From Nemertoderma westbladi (taxonomy: Eukaryota; Animalia; Xenacoelomorpha), in the NCBI GenBank assembly GCA_032718475.1, contig JAUCBJ010006818.1, forward strand, positions 46,453-110,452: a DNA stretch of 64,000 nt, read 5' to 3'. Below, piece by piece: positions 45,101-57,300 of this stretch. The notes under the pieces are model-generated. The model did no database searches and was not told the origin of the DNA. It saw only the letters and a list, made by a program, of their open reading frames with translations. A program made the translations under genes and the position numbers. Each line of letters starts with the position of its first letter. The first letter of the stretch is position 1.

Positions 45101-48100
45101 TACTAACTGAGTTGAATTCCTTGATGGAGTTAGTCCAGGTCCAGTAACTACTAACCGTGTTGAATTCCTTGGAGTTAGTCCAGGTCCAGTAACTACTAAC
45201 CGAGTTGAATTCCTTGATGGAGTTAGTCCAGGTCCAGTAACTACTAACCGAGTTGAATTCCTTGATGGAGTTAGTCCAGGTCCAGTAACTACTAACCGAG
45301 TTGAATTCCTTGGAGTTAGTCCAGGTCCAGTAACTACTAACCGAGTTGAATTACTTGACGGAGTTAGTCCAGGTCCAGTAACTACTAACCGAGTTGAATT
45401 CCTTGGAGTTAGTCCAGGTCCAGTAACTACTAACCGAGTTGAATTACTTGACGGAGTTAGTCCAGGTCCAGTAACTACTAACCGTGTTGAATTCCTTGAT
45501 GGAGTTAGTCCAGGTCCAGTAACTACTAACCGAGTTGAATTCCTTGGAGTTAGTCCAGGTCCAGTAACTACTAACCGAGTTGAATTCCTTGACGGAGTTC
45601 GTCCAGGTCCAGTAACTACTAACCGTGTTGAATACCTTGGTGGAGTTCGTCCAGGTCCAGTAACTACTAACCGAGTTGAATTCCTTGACGGAGTTCGTCC
45701 AGGTCCAGTAACTACTAACCGTGTTGAATACCTTGGTGGAGTTCGTCCAGGTCCAGTAACTACTAACCGTGTTGAATACCTTGGTGGAGTTCGTCCAGGT
45801 CCAGTAACTACTAACCGTGTTGAATACCTTGGTGGAGTTCGTCCAGGTCCAGTAACTACTAACCGTGTTGAATTCCTTGGAGTTCGTCCAGGTCCAGTAA
45901 CTACTAACCGTGTTGAATACCTTGGTGGAGTTCGTCCAGGTCCAGTAACTACTAACCGTGTTGAATACCTTGGTGGAGTTAGTCCAGGTCCAGTAACTAC
46001 TAACCGAGTTGAATTCCTTGACGGAGTTCGTCCAGGTCCAGTAACTACTAACCGTGTTGAATACCTTGGTGGAGTTCGTCCAGGTCCAGTAACTACTAAC
46101 CGTGTTGAATACCTTGGTGGAGTTCGTCCAGGTCCAGTAACTACTAACCGTGTTGAATTCCTTGGAGTTAGTCCAGGTCCAGTAACTACTAACCGAGTTG
46201 AATTACTTGATGGAGTTAGTCCAGGTCCAGTAACTACTAACCGAGTTGAATTACTTGACGGAGTTAGTCCAGGTCCAGTAACTACTAACCGAGTTGAATT
46301 CCTTGGAGTTAGTCCAGGTCCAGTAACTACTAACCGAGTTGAATTACTTGACGGAGTTAGTCCAGGTCCAGTAACTACTAACCGTGTTGAATTCCTTGGA
46401 GTTAGTCCAGGTCCAGTAACTACTAACCGAGTTGAATTCCTTGGAGTTAGTCCAGGTCCAGTAACTACTAACCGAGTTGAATTACTTGACGGAGTTAGTC
46501 CAGGTCCAGTAACTACTAACCGAGTTGAATTCCTTGGAGTTAGTCCAGGTCCAGTAACTACTAACCGTGTTGAATACCTTGGTGGAGTTCGTCCAGGTCC
46601 AGTAACTACTAACCGAGTTGAATTCCTTGGAGTTAGTCCAGGTCCAGTAACTACTAACCGAGTTGAATTACTTGACGGAGTTAGTCCAGGTCCAGTAACT
46701 ACTAACCGAGTTGAATTCCTTGGAGTTAGTCCAGGTCCAGTAACTACTAACCGAGTTGAATTACTTGACGGAGTTAGTCCAGGTCCAGTAACTACTAACC
46801 GTGTTGAATACCTTGGTGGAGTTCGTCCAGGTCCAGTAACTACTAACCGTGTTGAATTCCTTGGAGTTCGTCCAGGTCCAGTAACTACTAACCGAGTTGA
46901 ATTACTTGACGGAGTTAGTCCAGGTCCAGTAACTACTAACCGAGTTGAATTCCTTGGAGTTAGTCCAGGTCCAGTAACTACTAACCGAGTTGAATTACTT
47001 GACGGAGTTAGTCCAGGTCCAGTAACTACTAACCGAGTTGAATTACTTGACGGAGTTAGTCCAGGTCCAGTAACTACTAACCGAGTTGAATTCCTTGGAG
47101 TTAGTCCAGGTCCAGTAACTACTAACCGTGTTGAATTCCTTGGAGTTAGTCCAGGTCCAGTAACTACTAACCGAGTTGAATTCCTTGGAGTTAGTCCAGG
47201 TCCAGTAACTACTAACCGTGTTGAATACCTTGGTGGAGTTCGTCCAGGTCCAGTAACTACTAACCGAGTTGAATTCCTTGGAGTTAGTCCAGGTCCAGTA
47301 ACTACTAACCGTGTTGAATACCTTGGTGGAGTTCGTCCAGGTCCAGTAACTACTAACCGTGTTGAATTCCTTGATGGAGTTAGTCCAGGTCCAGTAACTA
47401 CTAACCGAGTTGAATTCCTTGGAGTTAGTCCAGGTCCAGTAACTACTAACCGAGTTGAATTACTTGACGGAGTTAGTCCAGGTCCAGTAACTACTAACCG
47501 AGTTGAATTCCTTGGAGTTAGTCCAGGTCCAGTAACTACTAACCGTGTTGAATACCTTGGTGGAGTTCGTCCAGGTCCAGTAACTACTAACCGTGTTGAA
47601 TTCCTTGATGGAGTTAGTCCAGGTCCAGTAACTACTAACCGTGTTGAATTCCTTGGAGTTAGTCCAGGTCCAGTAACTACTAACCGAGTTGAATTACTTG
47701 ACGGAGTTAGTCCAGGTCCAGTAACTACTAACCGAGTTGAATTCCTTGGAGTTAGTCCAGGTCCAGTAACTACTAACCGTGTTGAATACCTTGGTGGAGT
47801 TCGTCCAGGTCCAGTAACTACTAACCGTGTTGAATTCCTTGATGGAGTTAGTCCAGGTCCAGTAACTACTAACCGAGTTGAATTCCTTGGAGTTAGTCCA
47901 GGTCCAGTAACTACTAACCGAGTTGAATTACTTGACGGAGTTAGTCCAGGTCCAGTAACTACTAACCGTGTTGAATACCTTGGTGGAGTTCGTCCAGGTC
48001 CAGTAACTACTAACCGAGTTGAATTACTTGACGGAGTTAGTCCAGGTCCAGTAACTACTAACCGTGTTGAATTACTTGATGGAGTTAGTCCAGGTCCAGT

Positions 48101-50809
48101 AACTACTAACCGAGTTTAATTCCTTGGAGTTAGTCCAGGTCCAGTAACTACTAACCGTGTTGAATTACTTGATGGAGTTAGTCCAGGTCCAGTAACTACT
48201 AACCGAGTTTAATTCCTTGGAGTTAGTCCAGGTCCAGTAACTACTAACCGAGTTGAATTACTTGACGGAGTTAGTCCAGGTCCAGTAACTACTAACCGAG
48301 TTGAATTCCTTGGAGTTAGTCCAGGTCCAGTAACTACTAACCGTGTTGAATTACTTGATGGAGTTAGTCCAGGTCCAGTAACTACTAACCGAGTTTAATT
48401 CCTTGGAGTTAGTCCAGGTCCAGTAACTACTAACCGAGTTGAATTCCTTGATGGAGTTAGTCCAGGTCCAGTAACTACTAACCGTGTTGAATACCTTGGT
48501 GGAGTTCGTCCAGGTCCAGTAACTACTAACCGTGTTGAATTCCTTGATGGAGTTAGTCCAGGTCCAGTAACTACTAACCGAGTTGAATTCCTTGGAGTTA
48601 GTCCAGGTCCAGTAACTACTAACCGAGTTGAATTACTTGACGGAGTTAGTCCAGGTCCAGTAACTACTAACCGTGTTGAATACCTTGGTGGAGTTCGTCC
48701 AGGTCCAGTAACTACTAACCGAGTTGAATTACTTGACGGAGTTAGTCCAGGTCCAGTAACTACTAACCGTGTTGAATACCTTGGTGGAGTTCGTCCAGGT
48801 CCAGTAACTACTAACCGAGTTGAATTCCTTGGAGTTAGTCCAGGTCCAGTAACTACTAACCGTGTTGAATTACTTGATGGAGTTAGTCCAGGTCCAGTAA
48901 CTACTAACCGAGTTTAATTCCTTGGAGTTAGTCCAGGTCCAGTAACTACTAACCGAGTTGAATTCCTTGATGGAGTTCGTCCAGGTCCAGTAACTACTAA
49001 CCGAGTTGAATTACTTGACGGAGTTAGTCCAGGTCCAGTAACTACTAACCGTGTTGAATTCCTTGGAGTTAGTCCAGGTCCAGTAACTACTAACCGTGTT
49101 GAATACCTTGGTGGAGTTCGTCCAGGTCCAGTAACTACTAACCGAGTTGAATTACTTGACGGAGTTAGTCCAGGTCCAGTAACTACTAACCGTGTTGAAT
49201 ACCTTGGTGGAGTTCGTCCAGGTCCAGTAACTACTAACCGTGTTGAATACCTTGATGGAGTTAGTCCAGGTCCAGTAACTACTAACCGAGTTTAATTCCT
49301 TGGAGTTAGTCCAGGTCCAGTAACTACTAACCGAGTTGAATTACTTGACGGAGTTAGTCCAGGTCCAGTAACTACTAACCGAGTTTAATTCCTTGGAGTT
49401 AGTCCAGGTCCAGTAACTACTAACCGTGTTGAATTACTTGATGGAGTTAGTCCAGGTCCAGTAACTACTAACCGAGTTTAATTCCTTGGAGTTAGTCCAG
49501 GTCCAGTAACTACTAACCGAGTTGAATTACTTGACGGAGTTAGTCCAGGTCCAGTAACTACTAACCGAGTTTAATTCCTTGGAGTTAGTCCAGGTCCAGT
49601 AACTACTAACCGTGTTGAATTCCTTGATGGAGTTAGTCCAGGTCCAGTAACTACTAACCGAGTTGAATTCCTTGGAGTTAGTCCAGGTCCAGTAACTACT
49701 AACCGAGTTGAATTACTTGACGGAGTTAGTCCAGGTCCAGTAACTACTAACCGTGTTGAATACCTTGGTGGAGTTCGTCCAGGTCCAGTAACTACTAACC
49801 GAGTTGAATTACTTGACGGAGTTAGTCCAGGTCCAGTAACTACTAACCGTGTTGAATTACTTGATGGAGTTAGTCCAGGTCCAGTAACTACTAACCGAGT
49901 TTAATTCCTTGGAGTTAGTCCAGGTCCAGTAACTACTAACCGTGTTGAATTACTTGATGGAGTTAGTCCAGGTCCAGTAACTACTAACCGAGTTTAATTC
50001 CTTGGAGTTAGTCCAGGTCCAGTAACTACTAACCGAGTTGAATTACTTGACGGAGTTAGTCCAGGTCCAGTAACTACTAACCGAGTTGAATTCCTTGGAG
50101 TTAGTCCAGGTCCAGTAACTACTAACCGTGTTGAATTACTTGATGGAGTTAGTCCAGGTCCAGTAACTACTAACCGTGTTGAATTCCTTGGAGTTAGTCC
50201 AGGTCCAGTAACTACTAACCGTGTTGAATTCCTTGGAGTTAGTCCAGGTCCAGTAACTACTAACCGTGTTGAATTACTTGATGGAGTTAGTCCAGGTCCA
50301 GTAACTACTAACCGAGTTTAATTCCTTGGAGTTAGTCCAGGTCCAGTAACTACTAACCGTGTTGAATTACTTGATGGAGTTAGTCCAGGTCCAGTAACTA
50401 CTAACCGAGTTTAATTCCTTGGAGTTAGTCCAGGTCCAGTAACTACTAACCGTGTTGAATTACTTGATGGAGTTAGTCCAGGTCCAGTAACTACTAACCG
50501 AGTTTAATTCCTTGGAGTTAGTCCAGGTCCAGTAACTACTAACCGAGTTGAATTACTTGACGGAGTTAGTCCAGGTCCAGTAACTACTAACCGAGTTGAA
50601 TTCCTTGGAGTTAGTCCAGGTCCAGTAACTACTAACCGTGTTGAATTACTTGATGGAGTTAGTCCAGGTCCAGTAACTACTAACCGTGTTGAATTCCTTG
50701 GAGTTAGTCCAGGTCCAGTAACTACTAACCGAGTTGAATTCCTTGATGGAGTTAGTCCAGGTCCAGTAACTACTAACCGTGTTGAATACCTTGGTGGAGT
50801 TCGTCCAGG

Positions 50810-50823
50810 TCCAGTAACTACTA
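50810..50823. repeat. Target-site duplication of LINE copy 2 (partner at 51357-51370)
   Basis: TCCAGTAACTACTA occurs on both sides, and removing the element plus one copy restores an intact unit. It is consensus array sequence, so it is less diagnostic than the copy 1 TSD. Confidence 0.75.
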
Positions 50824-51356
50824 CTAGGATCGGCATGCTGCATTGCAGCTGCATTTTTAAGAATGCTGTGCCGGCTTGTCAACAAAATTGCACCGCCACA
50901 ACTCCCTATCACCCATGACATTTGCTAGATCATCCGCATCTTTAAGGCCAGTGTCCTTTAAAATGCGTCTCAAGAAAGTCATGGGCTGTCCACCATGCTT
51001 ATTCACTCCATGAGGCTGCCAAAGTACAAGATTATGCACTGGCTGGTCCTCACGGCGAAAGCAATGTCCTGCAAAGCGGAGGCGATTTTGTTCTAGTGTC
51101 AAGCTTGGGGGAACCAATGAGACACCTCCAATGTTATATAGTGTCTGGTTGGAGATGTGTGCATTGTACTTGACACAATGTACCCGGCGTAGCATTCTTG
51201 TGAATGTGCCATCCAGAGATTTGGTGTCCTCAGCAGTTAGAGCCCAGCATGGACTCCCGTAGAGGAGTACTGGAACTACTGCTGCTCTGAATAATCGGAC
51301 CTTAAGTTTCCGATTAATTCTAGGTGACTTCCAAATCCTGGAAAGCCTATTCCTAT
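50824..51356 (-). mobile_element. 5'-truncated copy 2 of the same LINE, about 533 bp (C-terminal coding region, 3' UTR and TAG tail)
   Basis: It matches 61269-61797 except for 5 substitutions found by manual comparison. The apparent 14-bp TSD is TCCAGTAACTACTA (50810-50823 and 51357-51370). Confidence 0.93.
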
Positions 51357-54300
51357 TCCAGTAACTACTAACCGTGTTGAATACCTTGGTGGAGTTCGTC
51401 CAGGTCCAGTAACTACTAACCGTGTTGAATTACTTGATGGAGTTAGTCCAGGTCCAGTAACTACTAACCGTGTTGAATTCCTTGGAGTTAGTCCAGGTCC
51501 AGTAACTACTAACCGTGTTGAATTCATTGATGGCGTTAGTCCAGGTTCAGTAACTACTAACCGAGTTGAATACCTTGGTGGAGTTCGTCCAGGTCCAGTA
51601 ACTACTAACCGTGTTGAATTCCTTGGAGTTAGTCCAGGTCCAGTAACTACTAACCGTGTTGAATTCCTTGACGGAGTTAGTCCAGGTCCAGTAACTACTA
51701 ACCGAGTTGAATACCTTGGTGGAGTTCGTCCAGGTCCAGTAACTACTAACCGTGTTGAATTCCTTGGAGTTAGTCCAGGTCCAGTAACTACTAACCGTGT
51801 TGAATTCCTTGACGGAGTTAGTCCAGGTCCAGTAACTACTAACCGAGTTGAATACCTTGATGGAGTTAGTCCAGGTCCAGTAACTACTAACCGAGTTGAA
51901 TTCCTTGGAGTTAGTCCAGGTCCAGTAACTACTAACCGAGTTTAATTCCTTGATGGAGTTAGTCCAGGTCCAGTAACTACTAACCGAGTTGAATACCTTG
52001 ATGGAGTTAGTCCAGGTCCAGTAACTACCAACCGTGTTGAATTCCTTGGAGTTAGTCCAGGTCCAGTAACTACTAACCGAGTTTAATTCCTTGATGGAGT
52101 TAGTCCAGGTCCAGTAACTACTAACCGTGTTGAATACCTTGGTGGAGTTCGTCCAGGTCCAGTAACTACTAACCGAGTTGAATTCCTTGATGGAGTTAGT
52201 CCAGGTCCAGTAACTACTAACCGTGTTGAATTACTTGATGGAGTTAGTCCAGGTCCAGTAACTACTAACCGAGTTGAATTACTTGACGGAGTTAGTCCAG
52301 GTCCAGTAACTACTAACCGAGTTGAATACCTTGATGGAGTTAGTCCAGGTCCAGTAACTACTAACCGAGTTGAATTCCTTGGAGTTAGTCCAGGTCCAGT
52401 AACTACTAACCGAGTTGAATTCCTTGGAGTTAGTCCAGGTCCAGTAACTACTAACCGAGTTGAATTACTTGACGGAGTTAGTCCAGGTCCAGTAACTACT
52501 AACCGAGTTGAATACCTTGATGGAGTTAGTCCAGGTCCAGTAACTACTAACCGAGTTGAATTCCTTGGAGTTAGTCCAGGTCCAGTAACTACTAACCGAG
52601 TTGAATTCCTTGGAGTTAGTCCAGGTCCAGTAACTACTAACCGAGTTGAATTACTTGACGGAGTTAGTCCAGGTCCAGTAACTACTAACCGAGTTGAATA
52701 CCTTGATGGAGTTAGTCCAGGTCCAGTAACTACTAACCGAGTTGAATTCCTTGGAGTTAGTCCAGGTCCAGTAACTACTAACCGAGTTGAATTCCTTGGA
52801 GTTAGTCCAGGTCCAGTAACTACTAACCGAGTTGAATTACTTGACGGAGTTAGTCCAGGTCCAGTAACTACTAACCGAGTTGAATACCTTGATGGAGTTA
52901 GTCCAGGTCCAGTAACTACTAACCGTGTTGAATACCTTGGTGGAGTTCGTCCAGGTCCAGTAACTACTAACCGAGTTGAATTCCTTGATGGAGTTAGTCC
53001 AGGTCCAGTAACTACTAACCGTGTTGAATTACTTGATGGAGTTAGTCCAGGTCCAGTAACTACTAACCGAGTTTAATTCCTTGATGGAGTTAGTCCAGGT
53101 CCAGTAACTACTAACCGTGTTGAATTACTTGATGGAGTTAGTCCAGGTCCAGTAACTACTAACCGAGTTTAATTCCTTGGAGTTAGTCCAGGTCCAGTAA
53201 CTACTAACCGTGTTGAATTACTTGATGGAGTTAGTCCAGGTCCAGTAACTACTAACCGTGTTGAATTCCTTGGAGTTAGTCCAGGTCCAGTAACTACTAA
53301 CCGTGTTGAATTCCTTGGAGTTAGTCCAGGTCCAGTAACTACTAACCGAGTTGAATTCCTTGGAGTTAGTCCAGGTCCAGTAACTACTAACCGAGTTGAA
53401 TTACTTGACGGAGTTAGTCCAGGTCCAGTAACTACTAACCGAGTTGAATACCTTGATGGAGTTAGTCCAGGTCCAGTAACTACTAACCGTGTTGAATACC
53501 TTGGTGGAGTTCGTCCAGGTCCAGTAACTACTAACCGAGTTGAATTCCTTGGAGTTAGTCCAGGTCCAGTAACTACTAACCGAGTTGAATTACTTGACGG
53601 AGTTAGTCCAGGTCCAGTAACTACTAACCGAGTTGAATTCCTTGGAGTTAGTCCAGGTCCAGTAACTACTAACCGTGTTGAATACCTTGGTGGAGTTCGT
53701 CCAGGTCCAGTAACTACTAACCGTGTTGAATTCCTTGATGGAGTTAGTCCAGGTCCAGTAACTACTAACCGAGTTGAATTCCTTGGAGTTAGTCCAGGTC
53801 CAGTAACTACTAACCGAGTTGAATTACTTGACGGAGTTAGTCCAGGTCCAGTAACTACTAACCGTGTTGAATACCTTGGTGGAGTTCGTCCAGGTCCAGT
53901 AACTACTAACCGAGTTTAATTCCTTGGAGTTAGTCCAGGTCCAGTAACTACTAACCGTGTTGAATACCTTGGTGGAGTTAGTCCAGGTCCAGTAACTACT
54001 AACCGAGTTGAATTCCTTGGAGTTAGTCCAGGTCCAGTAACTACTAACCGAGTTGAATTCCTTGATGGAGTTAGTCCAGGTCCAGTAACTACTAACCGAG
54101 TTGAATTCCTTGATGGAGTTAGTCCAGGTCCAGTAACTACTAACCGAGTTGAATTCCTTGGAGTTAGTCCAGGTCCAGTAACTACTAACCGAGTTGAATT
54201 CCTTGGAGTTAGTCCAGGTCCAGTAACTACTAACCGAGTTGAATTACTTGACGGAGTTAGTCCAGGTCCAGTAACTACTAACCGTGTTGAATTACTTGAT

Positions 54301-57300
54301 GGAGTTAGTCCAGGTCCAGTAACTACTAACCGAGTTTAATTCCTTGGAGTTAGTCCAGGTCCAGTAACTACTAACCGTGTTGAATTACTTGATGGAGTTA
54401 GTCCAGGTCCAGTAACTACTAACCGAGTTTAATTCCTTGGAGTTAGTCCAGGTCCAGTAACTACTAACCGTGTTGAATACCTTGGTGGAGTTAGTCCAGG
54501 TCCAGTAACTACTAACCGAGTTGAATTCCTTGGAGTTAGTCCAGGTCCAGTAACTACTAACCGAGTTGAATTACTTGACGGAGTTAGTCCAGGTCCAGTA
54601 ACTACTAACCGAGTTGAATTCCTTGGAGTTAGTCCAGGTCCAGTAACTACTAACCGAGTTGAATTACTTGACGGAGTTAGTCCAGGTCCAGTAACTACTA
54701 ACCGTGTTGAATTACTTGATGGAGTTAGTCCAGGTCCAGTAACTACTAACCGAGTTTAATTCCTTGGAGTTAGTCCAGGTCCAGTAACTACTAACCGTGT
54801 TGAATTACTTGATGGAGTTAGTCCAGGTCCAGTAACTACTAACCGAGTTTAATTCCTTGGAGTTAGTCCAGGTCCAGTAACTACTAACCGTGTTGAATAC
54901 CTTGGTGGAGTTAGTCCAGGTCCAGTAACTACTAACCGAGTTGAATTCCTTGGAGTTAGTCCAGGTCCAGTAACTACTAACCGAGTTGAATTACTTGATG
55001 GAGTTAGTCCAGGTCCAGTAACTACTAACCGAGTTTAATTCCTTGGAGTTAGTCCAGGTCCAGTAACTACTAACCGTGTTGAATACCTTGGTGGAGTTAG
55101 TCCAGGTCCAGTAACTACTAACCGAGTTGAATTCCTTGGAGTTAGTCCAGGTCCAGTAACTACTAACCGAGTTGAATTCCTTGGAGTTAGTCCAGGTCCA
55201 GTAACTACTAACCGAGTTGAATTACTTGACGGAGTTAGTCCAGGTCCAGTAACTACTAACCGTGTTGAATACCTTGGTGGAGTTAGTCCAGGTCCAGTAA
55301 CTACTAACCGAGTTGAATTACTTGACGGAGTTAGTCCAGGTCCAGTAACTACTAACCGTGTTGAATACCTTGGTGGAGTTAGTCCAGGTCCAGTAACTAC
55401 TAACCGAGTTGAATTCCTTGGAGTTAGTCCAGGTCCAGTAACTACTAACCGAGTTGAATTACTTGACGGAGTTAGTCCAGGTCCAGTAACTACTAACCGA
55501 GTTGAATTCCTTGGAGTTAGTCCAGGTCCAGTAACTACTAACCGAGTTGAATTACTTGACGGAGTTAGTCCAGGTCCAGTAACTACTAACCGTGTTGAAT
55601 ACCTTGGTGGAGTTCGTCCAGGTCCAGTAACTACTAACCGAGTTTAATTCCTTGGAGTTAGTCCAGGTCCAGTAACTACTAACCGTGTTGAATACCTTGG
55701 TGGAGTTCGTCCAGGTCCAGTAACTACTAACCGAGTTTAATTCCTTGGAGTTAGTCCAGGTCCAGTAACTACTAACCGTGTTGAATTCCTTGATGGAGTT
55801 AGTCCAGGTCCAGTAACTACTAACCGTGTTGAATTCCTTGATGGAGTTAGTCCAGGTCCAGTAACTACTAACCGAGTTGAATTCCTTGGAGTTAGTCCAG
55901 GTCCAGTAACTACTAACCGTGTTGAATTACTTGATGGAGTTAGTCCAGGTCCAGTAACTACTAACCGAGTTGAATTCCTTGGAGTTAGTCCAGGTCCAGT
56001 AACTACTAACCGAGTTGAATTCCTTGGAGTTAGTCCAGGTCCAGTAACTACTAACCGAGTTGAATTCCTTGGAGTTAGTCCAGGTCCAGTAACTACTAAC
56101 CGAGTTGAATTCCTTGGAGTTAGTCCAGGTCCAGTAACTACTAACCGTGTTGAATTCTTTGGAGTTAGTCCAGGTCCAGTAACTACTAACCGTGTTGAAT
56201 ACCTTGGTGGAGTTCGTCCAGGTCCAGTAACTACTAACCGAGTTGAATTCCTTGGAGTTAGTCCAGGTCCAGTAACTACTAACCGTGTTGAATTCCTTGA
56301 TGGAGTTAGTCCAGGTCCAGTAACTACTAACCGAGTTGAATTCCTTGGAGTTAGTCCAGGTCCAGTAACTACTAACCGAGTTGAATTACTTGACGGAGTT
56401 AGTCCAGGTCCAGTAACTACTAACCGTGTTGAATACCTTGGTGGAGTTCGTCCAGGTCCAGTAACTACTAACCGTGTTGAATTCCTTGATGGAGTTAGTC
56501 CAGGTCCAGTAACTACTAACCGAGTTCAATTCCTTGGAGTTAGTCCAGGTCCAGTAACTACTAACCGAGTTGAATTCCTTGATGGAGTTAGTCCAGGCCC
56601 AGTAACTACTAACCGAGTTGAATTCCTTGGAGTTAGTCCAGGTCCAGTAACTACTAACCGAGTTGAATTACTTGACGGAGTTAGTCCAGGTCCAGTAACT
56701 ACTAACCGAGTTGAATTCCTTGGAGTTAGTCCAGGTCCAGTAACTACTAACCGAGTTGAATTACTTGACGGAGTTAGTCCAGGTCCAGTAACTACTAACC
56801 GTGTTGAATACCTTGGTGGAGTTCGTCCAGGTCCAGTAACTACTAACCGTGTTGAATACCTTGGTGGAGTTAGTCCAGGTCCAGTAACTACTAACCGAGT
56901 TGAATTACTTGACGGAGTTAGTCCAGGTCCAGTAACTACTAACCGTGTTGAATACCTTGGTGGAGTTCGTCCAGGTCCAGTAACTACTAACCGTGTTGAA
57001 TTCCTTGATGGAGTTAGTCCAGGTCCAGTAACTACTAACCGAGTTGAATTCCTTGGAGTTAGTCCAGGTCCAGTAACTACTAACCGAGTTGAATTCCTTG
57101 ATGGAGTTAGTCCAGGCCCAGTAACTACTAACCGAGTTGAATTCCTTGGAGTTAGTCCAGGTCCAGTAACTACTAACCGAGTTGAATTACTTGACGGAGT
57201 TAGTCCAGGTCCAGTAACTACTAACCGAGTTGAATTCCTTGGAGTTAGTCCAGGTCCAGTAACTACTAACCGTGTTGAATACCTTGGTGGAGTTAGTCCA

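Larger units (their letters stand above)
1..50823. repeat. 48/45-bp tandem array, distal segment (extends beyond the window start)
   Basis: The + consensus is CG(A/T)GTTGAATTCCTT(GAT)GGAGTTAGTCCAGGTCCAGTAACTACTAAC. Recurrent variants are the 45-bp unit (no GAT), ...AATACCTTGGTGGAGTTCGTCC..., and ...AATTACTTGACGG.... Confidence 0.99.
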
